64,000 nt of DNA, from the NCBI GenBank assembly GCA_900319355.1, contig ONOC01000001.1, positions 2,111-66,110 on the forward strand. Direction: 5' to 3'. Of this stretch, positions 17,833-27,810 are shown piece by piece (position 1 is the first letter of the stretch; each line of letters begins with the position of its first letter). Below the pieces are notes generated by a model. The model was not told the origin of the DNA. It saw only the letters and a program-made list of their open reading frames with translations, and searched no databases. Origin of the DNA: an uncultured Eubacteriales bacterium (lineage in GTDB: Bacteria; Bacillota; Clostridia; Lachnospirales; Lachnospiraceae). A program made the translations under genes and the position numbers.

Positions 17833-20295
17833 ATGGATATATTTGACAGATATGCACCGTTTGTGCAGGATTTTATCTACAGAAATAACTGGCAGTCGCT
17901 CCGTGCCATTCAGGCGGCGGCAGGCGATGCGATTTTTAATACGGATGAGAATCTGCTTCTCTGCGCCTCAACCGCTTCCGGCAAAACGGAGGCGGCTTTT
18001 TTCCCGATTCTGACGCTGCTTTCGGAGGATCCGCCTGCTTCGGTGGGTGCCCTGTACATCGGTCCCCTGAAGGCTCTCATCAATGACCAGTTTTCACGGC
18101 TGAATGACCTCTGCGCTGAGGCGGAGATCCCGGTGTGGCACTGGCACGGCGATGTGCCGCAGTCTCAGAAGCGCAAGCTGCTGAAACGCCCCTCCGGCGT
18201 CCTTCAGATCACGCCCGAGTCCCTCGAGGCGCTGATGCTGCGGCGCCACGGCGAGATTGTGCGGCTTTTCTGCGATCTGCGTTTTGTCGTCATTGACGAG
18301 GTCCATTCTCTGATGCGCGGCGACCGCGGCGGGCAGACGCTGTGCCTGCTCGAACGGCTGTCGCAGACGGCAGGCTGCCATCCGCGCCGTGTGGGCCTCT
18401 CCGCCACCATCGGTGATCTGGAAGCGGCGGGACGTTTTCTCGCGGCGGGTACCGGGCGCGGCACCGTCATCCCGAAGGTGACCGGTCCCCGTGAAACCTG
18501 GCATCTCTCCATGGAGCATTTCTATACGACAGGCCCACAGGCCGCCGATCCCGCAAGGAAATCCGGAGCGGAGCCGGAACCCGATGAGGATACCGTCGTC
18601 ATCAGTTCCGTGCGGCCGGCCGCTGCCGGAACAACAGCCGGGACAACAGCCGGGACAACATCGGGGGAGCCGACAGAAGCAGCCACAGCAGGAAATATCA
18701 CAGCGGACCCGACAGCGGACCCGGCCGACATTCCTCTCCCCGAAGCGGTTCCCGCGACGGATCAGGCGCCCGTCGCCGCAGACCCGGGGATCGGCTATAT
18801 TTTTGAACACACGAGAGGGAAAAAGTGCCTCGTCTTCTGCAATTCCCGCGAGGAGGCGGAAGCTGTCACAACCACCCTGCGCCAGTACTGCGAGGCGCGT
18901 CATGAGCCCGACCGTTTCCTGATCCACCACGGAAACCTGTCTTCCTCGCTGCGTCTGTCGGCCGAGGAGGCCATGAAGGACGACGACCGTTTCCTGACGA
19001 CCGTGACCACTTCCACGCTGGAACTCGGCATTGATATCGGCCGGCTCGAGCGGGCTTTTCAGATCGATGCGCCTTTCACGGTTTCCTCGTTTCTTCAGCG
19101 GATGGGCCGGACCGGACGCAGGGGCCAGCCGCCGGAAATGTGGTTCGTCATGCGCGAGGATCCGCCGGAGCCGCGGGCGATGCTGCCTGAAAACATCCCC
19201 TGGAAGCTGATTCAGGGCATCGCTCTGGTGCAGGTCTATCTCGAGGAGCGCTGGGTGGAGCCGCCGAGGCTCGACCGGATGCCGTACAGCCTGCTGTATC
19301 ACCAGACGATGAGCATTCTGACGGCGGGCGGCGAAATGACGCCGGCCGAGCTCGCCTCGCGCGTGCTCTCCCTGTCCGTCTTCTGCCGGATCTCGCAGGA
19401 TGACTACCGGATTCTGCTGCGCCACCTCATCGCCATCGACCACATCGAGGTCACGGAGCGGGGCGGCCTGATCACCGGCCTCGCCGGCGAACGCATCACG
19501 AATTCCTTCCGGTTCTATGCGGTTTTTCAGGAAAACGAGGAATATACCGTGCGCGCGGACTCACAGGAGCTCGGCACGATCGTAGCGCCCCCGCCCGTCG
19601 GCGAAAAAATCGCCATCGCGGGTCATGTCTGGGTTGTGGAGGAGATTGACCGGAAACGCCACAATGTGTACTGCGAAATGGTGAAGGGAAATGTGCCCGC
19701 GTATTTCGGCGACTGTCCGGGCGATATCAACACGCACATTCTGGAAAGGATGCAGCGGGTACTTGCCGAGGACAGCACCTATCCGTATCTGATGACGAAT
19801 GCGACGGCGCGCCTCGCTGCCGCCCGCCGGATGGCGCGTCACTCCGGCATCGTCAGTGAGCCGCTCATCTCACTCGGCGGAGACAGCTGGGCGATTTTTC
19901 CGTGGCTCGGCACCTATGCCTTTCTGGCGCTCGAGCGGTTCCTGAAGCTCAGGTGCGGCCCGCTTCTCGGCATAAAAAATCTGGACAGCGCCCGCCCGTA
20001 TTACATTCAGTTTACGATGAAGGCCGGCCGCGATGAGTTCTACGAAACGGTGACGCGCGCCGCGGACGAGCCGCTCGACCCGATGGCGCTTCTGTATCCG
20101 AAGGAGGAGCCGCTCTTCGACAAATACGACGAGTTCGTGCCCGTGGAACTGCTGCGGAAAGGCTTTGCTTTCGGCGTTCTCGACACCGACGGCATGCTCG
20201 CGCGCGTCCGCTCATGGCGCCGCTTCATCAGAGGTAAGCTTGACGGCAGGGAGAGCTCACCCCGGCTGATGCAGGAAGGGGAACCTGAGCCCTGA
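17833..20295 (+). CDS. Lhr-like DEAD/DEAH helicase (Shango SngC-like)
   Basis: TASGKTEAAF, PLKALINDQ, TPESLE, DEVH, SAT, TSTLELGIDIG, QRMGRTGRR. Confidence 0.9.
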   Translation: MDIFDRYAPFVQDFIYRNNWQSLRAIQAAAGDAIFNTDENLLLCASTASGKTEAAFFPILTLLSEDPPASVGALYIGPLKALINDQFSRLNDLCAEAEIPVWHWHGDVPQSQKRKLLKRPSGVLQITPESLEALMLRRHGEIVRLFCDLRFVVIDEVHSLMRGDRGGQTLCLLERLSQTAGCHPRRVGLSATIGDLEAAGRFLAAGTGRGTVIPKVTGPRETWHLSMEHFYTTGPQAADPARKSGAEPEPDEDTVVISSVRPAAAGTTAGTTAGTTSGEPTEAATAGNITADPTADPADIPLPEAVPATDQAPVAADPGIGYIFEHTRGKKCLVFCNSREEAEAVTTTLRQYCEARHEPDRFLIHHGNLSSSLRLSAEEAMKDDDRFLTTVTTSTLELGIDIGRLERAFQIDAPFTVSSFLQRMGRTGRRGQPPEMWFVMREDPPEPRAMLPENIPWKLIQGIALVQVYLEERWVEPPRLDRMPYSLLYHQTMSILTAGGEMTPAELASRVLSLSVFCRISQDDYRILLRHLIAIDHIEVTERGGLITGLAGERITNSFRFYAVFQENEEYTVRADSQELGTIVAPPPVGEKIAIAGHVWVVEEIDRKRHNVYCEMVKGNVPAYFGDCPGDINTHILERMQRVLAEDSTYPYLMTNATARLAAARRMARHSGIVSEPLISLGGDSWAIFPWLGTYAFLALERFLKLRCGPLLGIKNLDSARPYYIQFTMKAGRDEFYETVTRAADEPLDPMALLYPKEEPLFDKYDEFVPVELLRKGFAFGVLDTDGMLARVRSWRRFIRGKLDGRESSPRLMQEGEPEP

Positions 20296-20320
20296 CTGCC
20301 GCAAAATGGCCCCGGACAGA

Positions 20321-22600
20321 TCACGGATAAAGGATACGCTCCAGGTCCTCCCTGTAATCCTCAATGAGGACGGGCGTATCCCCGTCCAGTTCGATCACGG
20401 TGTCTCCGATCTCGTCGTAAAGCGCTTCGTTAATCGAATCCACGAGAAGAGACACCGAAAGAATGTCCGTATGCGACCGGACAAAGGCCTTCCAGTCCCC
20501 GCCATTCATGAGAAGTGAAAGGAACGCCGTCTGCTCCTCCGAGAGAGGGCCGGCAGCATGGCCGTCACCGGCGCTGTTTTCCCCGGTTTCTTCGTTTTCT
20601 ACGGTTTCTTCGTTTCCGGCGCCTGGATTCCACGCAGCCCCGCCTGAATCCGAACTTCCCGGATCCATCGGATTGAGTCCGCCTGACGCGGCGGAATTTA
20701 TTTCGTCTGCCGCGTTCGGACTGGTTCCTGCTGCCGCGTTCAGATTCGTTTCTTCTGCCGCGTTCAGGTTCGTTTCCGCTGCCGCATTCGGATTTGTTCC
20801 CGTTGCCGCATTTGGATTCGTTCCTGCTGCCGCGTTCAGATCGGTTTCCGCCGCCGCATTCGGATTCGTTTCCGCTGCCGTATGCATGGCGGCGATCGGA
20901 TCCTCGAACGCATCCTCATCCACGATCAGCCGGTCGCGCGTATGCGCCGCTGCCCTCCGGATTTCCTGCAGGCCCTCAAAATGAATATCCACCTTCGGCC
21001 GCGCGGCTTCTCTCTTATCCTTCAGATAATCATCCACCGACTGTCGGATCACTTCCGCCAGCGCCCCGCTGCTGATTTTCTGCTTCAGTGCGGGTCCGAA
21101 GGACAGGCGCATCCGGAGAATTCTCTCCGTTTCATGCAGAATTTCACCGAGGAACTGATTTTTCTTCTCTGCAAAAAGGTAGCGCCTGCAGGTCCACCTG
21201 CCGTTCCGGCACACATATACGCGGCCGGGCCCGGCGACGTACTCATAATCGTCATGCGGAATCCTGTCATAAAAAATCGCCGACTGGAACATATAATAAG
21301 GATAGTCCTCTTTTCCGCCGAATGCCGTCTCAAGCGCCATCCGCCGGTGATTTTTCAGATAAAAGCGGCAGATCCCGGCATACGAGTGCACTGCCGCCCG
21401 CTCCAGGTCCTGCGGATACTTCCGGTAAAAAGGCGACGACAGCGCATCCCTCGAGGAAAGATTCGAAAAGGAAACAAAAATGTCGTGAATTTCCTCCGCT
21501 GTGAGCTGCAGCGCTGCGGAGGCCCCACGGCTCTCATCAGCTGCTCTGCTGTTTCCATCGGCAGCTCTGCTGTTCCCATCGGCTGACCCGCAGTTCTCAT
21601 GGACCGGCTCGCTGTCTTCTTCTGCCTGCCGGTTCTCCCTGATCCGGCTCTCGAAGTTTTCCAGCACCTTCACCTGCTGCTCGAACACAGACTCACGCCG
21701 GTCGAAGGCGAGTCCAGGATCCAGATCATAGTAGATGGCAAAATCCCTCATCCAGCGGCGCAGATGCGCCCGGAACCATGAGTCATACCGTCCGAAAGTC
21801 ACATACAGCACCGCCAGCCGCAGGTATCCTTCTTCCGGCGCAATGTCATCGGTATTATTGATCAGTTCATAGGCGTGCATATAGGCAAACGTCATGTTTC
21901 TTGCGGAATAATTCTGCGTGATAAACGTATCCGCACCGTTTTTTTCCGCAAATTCCTTCCGCAGCTCCTCCACCCGGTCCTGAATCGGGCCTCCGGTGTG
22001 GATTTTTCCCTCCAGATCCGATTCCAGCTTCCGCCACACGGTCCGCCAGGTGAAGTAGACGCGCAGCTGCCTCAGCGTCATGGACTGATACGACGGATAA
22101 TACATGACAATCCTGTCCTGCAGCGGGAAATGATCCTCCAGCGCCGACACCTCCCGGCCCTGCAGATAAAAATCCCGCGCCTCCGTTTCCGGTTTCGAGG
22201 CTTCCAGCGGCGCCGCCTCATACATTCTCATGAGCTGCACCTTCGCCTCATCGCTGAGTCCGTCCGTGTATTCCCTTCCCGGGGTTCTGCTGATACGGAC
22301 CCCGCCGTACCCGCCGGGCGTCTGCCTGCTGCTTTCCTGTGTCCCCGGCAGCGCACTACTGTTGGACTGGTGGCATTTGGTGCGGCGGTTGCCGCTGCTT
22401 TCCTGCGCACCCGACAGTGCACTGCCCGCATCCCCGTCATCGGATTTTCTGTCACGGAAGCGGATCGGCTGATCCTGAGCATCCCCGTCATCGGATTTTC
22501 TGTCACGGAAGCGGATCGGCTGATCCTGATAACCGGACGTAAAATGCACCTGCTCGCGGCTGCGTTGATTTTTTCCTGAAAAATGATTCTGGTCTGTCAT
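20321..22600 (-). CDS. TerB-N / TerB-C domain protein (Shango SngA-like)
   Basis: YPSYQSMTLRQLRVYFTWRT...FAYMHAYELIN (TerB-N) and LLVDSINEALYDEIGDTVIE (TerB-C). Confidence 0.82.
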   Translation of the reverse strand: MTDQNHFSGKNQRSREQVHFTSGYQDQPIRFRDRKSDDGDAQDQPIRFRDRKSDDGDAGSALSGAQESSGNRRTKCHQSNSSALPGTQESSRQTPGGYGGVRISRTPGREYTDGLSDEAKVQLMRMYEAAPLEASKPETEARDFYLQGREVSALEDHFPLQDRIVMYYPSYQSMTLRQLRVYFTWRTVWRKLESDLEGKIHTGGPIQDRVEELRKEFAEKNGADTFITQNYSARNMTFAYMHAYELINNTDDIAPEEGYLRLAVLYVTFGRYDSWFRAHLRRWMRDFAIYYDLDPGLAFDRRESVFEQQVKVLENFESRIRENRQAEEDSEPVHENCGSADGNSRAADGNSRAADESRGASAALQLTAEEIHDIFVSFSNLSSRDALSSPFYRKYPQDLERAAVHSYAGICRFYLKNHRRMALETAFGGKEDYPYYMFQSAIFYDRIPHDDYEYVAGPGRVYVCRNGRWTCRRYLFAEKKNQFLGEILHETERILRMRLSFGPALKQKISSGALAEVIRQSVDDYLKDKREAARPKVDIHFEGLQEIRRAAAHTRDRLIVDEDAFEDPIAAMHTAAETNPNAAAETDLNAAAGTNPNAATGTNPNAAAETNLNAAEETNLNAAAGTSPNAADEINSAASGGLNPMDPGSSDSGGAAWNPGAGNEETVENEETGENSAGDGHAAGPLSEEQTAFLSLLMNGGDWKAFVRSHTDILSVSLLVDSINEALYDEIGDTVIELDGDTPVLIEDYREDLERILYP

Positions 22601-22636
22601 GGTTTCATGATAGCATGCCGCCCCGGAAATGCACAT

Positions 22637-22690
22637 AAAAAAGGTCCCCGCATTTCGGTGAGCTGTGAATGCGGAGACCCTTTTATTCTT
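22637..22690. terminator. Terminator after rubrerythrin
   Basis: A-tract, GGTCCCCGCATT...AATGCGGAGACC hairpin, T-tract. Confidence 0.7.
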
Positions 22691-22724
22691 ATTCAGTTTC
22701 GCTGTATTTCAGTATATTGATGCA

Positions 22725-23300
22725 TTAACCGAAATATCTCTTCAGCAGGCCTTCGAATGCCTTGCCATGTCTTGCTTCATCACGGGCAGCCTCATGCATC
22801 GCATCATGGATGGCGTCAAGATTCTCAGCCTTTGCTCTCTTGGCGATCTCGGTCTTGCCCTCGGTAGCGCCGTGCTCAGCCTCTACACGAAGCTGAAGGT
22901 TCTTCTTCGTGGAATCGGTAACGACTTCGCCGAGCATCTCAGCAAACTTTGCCGCATGAACAGCTTCCTCGGAAGCAGCCTTCTCATAGTACATGCCGAT
23001 TTCCGGATATCCCTCGCGATAAGCTACGCGGGCCATGGCCATATACATACCAACCTCAGTGCACTCGCCTGTGAAATTCGCCTGGATGCCTTCCTTGATG
23101 TCAGCCGGGATATCATCGCAGATACCAACCTGATGCTCTGCAGCCCATACCCTGTCAGCGCTCTCGTCTACCTTGACGAATTTGGATTTCGGCTGATGGC
23201 AGGTCGGGCAGGTCCAGGTATCCGGAAGATCCTCGAACTTTACGCCTTCAACATCCTCATCATAGATGTGTCCGCAGACAGTGCATTTGTACTTTGCCAT
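22725..23300 (-). CDS. Reverse rubrerythrin (N-terminal rubredoxin + ferritin-like domain)
   Basis: CTVCG...[27 protein letters not shown]. Confidence 0.92.
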   Translation of the reverse strand: MAKYKCTVCGHIYDEDVEGVKFEDLPDTWTCPTCHQPKSKFVKVDESADRVWAAEHQVGICDDIPADIKEGIQANFTGECTEVGMYMAMARVAYREGYPEIGMYYEKAASEEAVHAAKFAEMLGEVVTDSTKKNLQLRVEAEHGATEGKTEIAKRAKAENLDAIHDAMHEAARDEARHGKAFEGLLKRYFG

Positions 23301-23417
23301 AATACGTTACCACCTTTCGTTTTATTATGTATATTTATATGAAAAATGCTCTTTGTTACCTTGATTTATTCACAGTCCCTGTTTAACAGCACCTGCCATA
23401 ACCCGTGCTGAAAAAAA

Positions 23418-24035
23418 TCAGAGCTTCCGGAAATCTGATGCCGGATGCTTGCATACCGGGCAGATAAAATCCGGCGGAAGAACTTCACCTTCATAGATAT
23501 AGCCGCAGATGGTGCAGATCCAGCCCTTCTTCGGCGCTTCGTCTGCCTTCGGTGCTTCCGGCTTCGGTTTGATATTCGCGAAGTAATAGGCGTATGTCGC
23601 CGAAGCGGTGCCGGAGAGAACCTCGCCGTCCGTTACATCGGCGATGAAAAGGGTATGGCTTCCGAGATCAACGGTCTGTTTCACCTTGCCGGACAGATAG
23701 CCGTTGACATCCGGTGTCGTCAGATAAGTGATGCCGTTCGCAGCACGTCTGAACTCGATGCCGGCCATCTTGTCCGCATCGCGTCCGCTCTGATAACCGA
23801 AACGCCGGAAAACGTCGAACTTTGCGTCTTCACTGATGATGGATACGTTGAACTCGCCGGTTTTCATGATCATGTCATGCGTAAAATCCGTCTTGTTCAG
23901 CGAGATGGCTATCGTATTCGGAGCACTGGCCACCTGAAGGGCCGTGTTGATGATGCATCCGTTGTCCCTGTCGCCGTCTTTCGCGGTGCAGACAAACAGA
24001 CCGTAAGTGAGATTTCTCATAACATTGTCATTCAT
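23418..24035 (-). CDS. Flavin reductase-rubredoxin fusion (high-molecular-weight rubredoxin)
   Basis: TYGLFV, NGCIINT, GSHTLFIA; C-terminal CTICGY...CPVC. Confidence 0.9.
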   Translation of the reverse strand: MNDNVMRNLTYGLFVCTAKDGDRDNGCIINTALQVASAPNTIAISLNKTDFTHDMIMKTGEFNVSIISEDAKFDVFRRFGYQSGRDADKMAGIEFRRAANGITYLTTPDVNGYLSGKVKQTVDLGSHTLFIADVTDGEVLSGTASATYAYYFANIKPKPEAPKADEAPKKGWICTICGYIYEGEVLPPDFICPVCKHPASDFRKL

Positions 24036-24433
24036 AAGCGTCCCTCCTCAGCTTCAGCTTTCTGACACGCCCCGCAGATGCCTTCAAAGGTTGTCGTGTG
24101 ATAGAGGACCCTGCCTCCCACCGTTTTCTCTGCGTCATCATCCATCGTGTGACTGTACTGCGCCGGATAATCGGTGACCATGCCGCAGTGCACGCAGTGA
24201 AAATGGTCATGCGGTACAGGATTGCCGTCGAAGCAGCTCCAGCCGGGGCCCTCAATCTTCTGAATCAGTCCCTCATTCACGAACAGGTTGAGATTCCTGT
24301 AAACCGTGGCGAGACCGATGCCGGGTTCATCCTTCCGCACCAGCTCAAGCACTTCCTCGGCCGTTCTGTGAACGTTTGTGCCGCTGATCGCCTTCATGAT
24401 CAGCTTTTTCTGTCGGGTAAGTCTTCTTTCCAT
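24032..24433 (-). CDS. Fur/PerR-family regulator
   Basis: HRTAEEV, GLATVYRNL, HDHFHCVHCG, GICGAC. Confidence 0.9.
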   Translation of the reverse strand: MERRLTRQKKLIMKAISGTNVHRTAEEVLELVRKDEPGIGLATVYRNLNLFVNEGLIQKIEGPGWSCFDGNPVPHDHFHCVHCGMVTDYPAQYSHTMDDDAEKTVGGRVLYHTTTFEGICGACQKAEAEEGRL

Positions 24434-24446
24434 GTGGTCTCCTTAT

Positions 24447-24489
24447 TGATAACGATTATCATTATAAGCCAGTCAACGGCACTTGTCAA
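24447..24489 (-). promoter_or_regulatory. Consensus sigma-A promoter with overlapping Fur/PerR box
   Basis: TTGACA-N17-TATAAT on the minus strand; TGATAACGATTATCA 7-1-7 box at 24447-24461. Confidence 0.8.
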
Positions 24490-24635
24490 TAACTCATTGA
24501 AAACTCTTCCGGACATGGTCAGAATATCTGAATCCGGGCCACAGAAAAGTGAAATCAGGACACAGAAAGGGCCCCGGGAACAGATCCCGGAGCCTGACAT
24601 TTACGCCTGTTGTTTAATTTTTACGGAAACATCTG

Positions 24636-24857
24636 TCAGTCTGTCCTCCTGCTGGTCTGATTCCAGAGGTCATTCAGCTGCTGTTCCCTGTAGAAGTTGT
24701 GACGCTCCTCGGGGGTGCGGCCGCAATGGTCCATGGTGCAGGAAAGCTTATCTCCGCCGCACGTACTGCACGGATCGGGGTTCTTCAGCGCATATCGGAT
24801 GGCTGTAATAACTGCCACCGCAATAACAGCCAGAATAATAATGGTACTCAGATTCAT
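24636..24857 (-). CDS. FeoB-associated-type Cys-rich small membrane protein
   Basis: N-terminal TM helix then CSTCGG...C...C; GGGGGAGG RBS. Confidence 0.65.
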   Translation of the reverse strand: MNLSTIIILAVIAVAVITAIRYALKNPDPCSTCGGDKLSCTMDHCGRTPEERHNFYREQQLNDLWNQTSRRTD

Positions 24858-24963
24858 CGCGTCCTCCCCCTTTCTTTCATTAAGCTGTAAGGAACGTCGG
24901 TGTTGTATAGGAATCTGTCGAAACCGCGTCAGGAGGGTGATCAACGGCTCCGCTCTGATCAAC

Positions 24964-24979
24964 GTTAGCCATTGCTAAC
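24964..24979. promoter_or_regulatory. Palindromic operator GTTAGC-N4-GCTAAC (DtxR/MntR-like)
   Basis: Perfect 6-4-6 palindrome just downstream of TTGCGT-N17-TACGAT on the minus strand. Confidence 0.55.
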
Positions 24980-25039
24980 ACCGATATCGTATAGCTAATT
25001 TCAGGATAACGCAAGTCTTTTTTTTATATTTCTGCCGTT

Positions 25040-26458
25040 TTACGCCTTTTTGGTGTGTTTCGCCGCGTAATCCCGCGACAGCCGGACGACCACCGGCGAC
25101 AGCGCCAGTACCGCAGCCAGGTTCGGTATGGCCATGAGTGCGTTCATGCTGTCCGCCAGGTTCCACACGAGATCAAGCTTCGTGCCGGCACCGATGACAA
25201 CAAAGACCACATAGATGGCCTGATAAACCATCATGCCGCGTGTGCCGCAGAGAAACTCCATGCAGCGTCCGCCGTAAAGGCTCCAGGACAGCAGCGTGGA
25301 AAAAGCAAACATGGTAATGCAGACCGCAATGATCAGTGACGCGAGCTTTCCGCCGAAAGTCGTGGAAAAGGCCGCAATGGTCAGGTCCGCTGCCGCCGAT
25401 TTTCCGTAATACTGACCGGCACAGCCGGAGCAGAGAATGGAAAGCGCCGTCAGCGTGCAGATCACGATCGTATCGGCGAATACCTCGAAGACGCCGTACA
25501 TGCCCTGCTCCACCGGATGCTCGACATCCGCTGCCGCATGGGCGATCGGTGCGGTACCAAGACCTGCTTCATTGGAGAAAATACCCCGTCCGAAGCCGGC
25601 TCTCATCGCCTGCTGGATGGCCACGCCGGCCAGTCCGCCGCCTATGGCCGACGGTTCGAACGCGCCCTCAAAAATCTGCGCGAACACGGTTCCGATTCTG
25701 CTGCCGTGGGAAATGACAACCACGAGGGCCGCCACGATGTAGAGCACCGCCATCACGGGAACCAGTTTTTCCGTGACATTTCCGATCCGCTGAAGTCCGC
25801 CGAACAGGACAAGGATCGTCAGGATCGAGGCAATCACGCCGACGATGATATAAATCATATGAAGCGTTTCTTCATCGATGGCGGGATTGAAGGACTGGAA
25901 AACCGATCCGATGGAGGAGGCGATGGTGTTGATCTGCGTCATGCAGCCGGTGCCGAGTGCGGCAACCATGCCGAACAGGCAGAACACAACGGCGAGCCAT
26001 CTCCATCTGCTGCCGAGTCCGTTGACGATGTAGTACATCGGGCCGCCGACGTAATCGCCCTTCTCGTTTTTCTTTCTGTAATGAACGGCAAGAATAATTT
26101 CAGAATATTTCGTGCACATGCCGAAAAGTGCGGCCACCCACATCCAGAAAATCGCGCCGGGACCGCCGATGGCGATGGCACCGGCCACACCGGCAATATT
26201 ACCGGTGCCGACCGTTCCGGCAAGGGCTGTTGTCAGCGCCTGCACGGGCGTCAGCGTGCCATCCTTCTTCTCGCCCTTCTCAAAGAGCCGGCCGACTGTA
26301 TTTTTCATGATGGTGCCGAATTTCCTGAACTGAAGAAATCCCAGGCGCGCTGTCAGGAAAATTCCCGTGCCCAGCAGCAGGATCAGCATCGGTATGCCCC
26401 ATACCGCCGCATCCATTTTTGCTGAAAAATCAGTCAGTCTGCTTAATAACTCCGTCAT
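25040..26458 (-). CDS. Alanine/glycine:cation symporter (AGCS)
   Basis: ALAGTVGTGNIAGVA, GGPGAIFWMW, GGPMYYI, FSNEAGLGTAPIAHA. Confidence 0.93.
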   Translation of the reverse strand: MTELLSRLTDFSAKMDAAVWGIPMLILLLGTGIFLTARLGFLQFRKFGTIMKNTVGRLFEKGEKKDGTLTPVQALTTALAGTVGTGNIAGVAGAIAIGGPGAIFWMWVAALFGMCTKYSEIILAVHYRKKNEKGDYVGGPMYYIVNGLGSRWRWLAVVFCLFGMVAALGTGCMTQINTIASSIGSVFQSFNPAIDEETLHMIYIIVGVIASILTILVLFGGLQRIGNVTEKLVPVMAVLYIVAALVVVISHGSRIGTVFAQIFEGAFEPSAIGGGLAGVAIQQAMRAGFGRGIFSNEAGLGTAPIAHAAADVEHPVEQGMYGVFEVFADTIVICTLTALSILCSGCAGQYYGKSAAADLTIAAFSTTFGGKLASLIIAVCITMFAFSTLLSWSLYGGRCMEFLCGTRGMMVYQAIYVVFVVIGAGTKLDLVWNLADSMNALMAIPNLAAVLALSPVVVRLSRDYAAKHTKKA

Positions 26459-26580
26459 ACCCAAACCTCATTTCACATTTTTTTGCTGCGCCGTGCAGCT
26501 TCGCATCGCTTTCTGCCTCCACAGGATACGCATTTTTCATTATATCACAGTGCTGCCGCTTCGCTGCCTTAAACAGATGT

Positions 26581-27531
26581 TTACAGCATAATCCTGACGG
26601 GATTTCCGTCCATCCATGCGGTGACGTTCTCAAAGGCCATGACAGCTCTTCTCTCGATGGATTCCTTCGTGTCGAAGCCGACATGAGGTGTGCAGATGAG
26701 ATTCGGCGCACCGAGAAGCGGGTGTCCTGCCGGAAGCGGCGGATCCTTTTCGAAGACATCGGTGCCCGCGCTGATCTTTCCTGCGCGGAGTGCCTCCGCC
26801 AGCGCCTCCGTATCAACGACCGGTCCGCGTGCGGTATTGATGAGGATGGCGCCCTGCTTCATTTCCTCAATCTGTTTCCTGCCGATCAGTCCGCGGGTCT
26901 CTCCGGTGAGCGGCGTGTGAACGGAAACGATATCCGCCTCCGCCATGACCTCATCGAGCGTTCTGTACCTGAGGCCGAGTGCCTTGGCGGCCTCGCGCTC
27001 CGTGCGGCTGTATCCGATCAGCCGGCAGCCGAAGGCGCGGAAAATCTCCGCCGTCCGAAGGCCGATGGCACCGGTTCCGATGATGCCGACCGTCCTGCCG
27101 GCAAGCTCATGGCCCTGAAGGCCGGATTTGCCCCTGCCTGCCTGCACGGCAGCATTGCCGGCGGAAATATTTCTCAGGCAGTCAAGGGTGAGGCCTACCG
27201 CAAGTTCCGCGACCGCATCATTGCAGTAACCGCCCGTGTTCGAGATTTTTACGCCTTTTGCCCGGCATGCCCCGGTGTCGACATGATCGATGCCGACAAA
27301 GGCAACGGAAATAAACTTCAGCGCCGGATCCGCCTCAATGACGCTTCCCGGGAGCGGGTGGTTGGCGATCATCAGGACATCCGCGCCCGCACTGCGCTTT
27401 TTCAGTTCCTCTTCGTCCGTCGTAAACGAGTCGAAAGCTTCGAATACATGGCCCTTCTCCGTGAACGGCCGGGACAGTCTGTCCAGCGTCTCCTTCGGTA
27501 CCCCGAGCGGCTCAAGCAGTACAATCTTCAT
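26581..27531 (-). CDS. D-2-hydroxyacid dehydrogenase
   Basis: GIIGTGAIG, LINTARGPVVD, DVFEKDPP, TPHVG. Confidence 0.92.
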   Translation of the reverse strand: MKIVLLEPLGVPKETLDRLSRPFTEKGHVFEAFDSFTTDEEELKKRSAGADVLMIANHPLPGSVIEADPALKFISVAFVGIDHVDTGACRAKGVKISNTGGYCNDAVAELAVGLTLDCLRNISAGNAAVQAGRGKSGLQGHELAGRTVGIIGTGAIGLRTAEIFRAFGCRLIGYSRTEREAAKALGLRYRTLDEVMAEADIVSVHTPLTGETRGLIGRKQIEEMKQGAILINTARGPVVDTEALAEALRAGKISAGTDVFEKDPPLPAGHPLLGAPNLICTPHVGFDTKESIERRAVMAFENVTAWMDGNPVRIML

Positions 27532-27810
27532 CTGTTTATCCTCCTGTTATAAAATGATCATTTTCTTCCCTGTTTACAGCCCGTATTTTATCTATTATAC
27601 CCCGCTTCGCACCCGGCGCGGCTGAAAACCTTCGCTCTTCACAGGAAAAAAGATGAAAATTCCCCGGCTCCGCGGCTTCCTTTGGTGATAATGTTCCGCT
27701 TCCCGGCCTGCAGATGTCGGAATCATCATGCAAATGGTGATAGACATTTCTGATTTTTGAAACTATAATCCCGTTAAAGATAAAGTTTTGTGTAAACAAG
27801 GGGCGTGTAT

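Noticed and set aside
16441-20295. BREX system (BrxD/BrxHI)
   Set aside because: No pglX, pglZ or brxC in the window; the TerB-N/C partner points to Shango instead
26465-26580. Glycine riboswitch before the AGCS transporter
   Set aside because: The gap is short and lacks the GGAGA/CCGAAG/CTCTCAGG motifs
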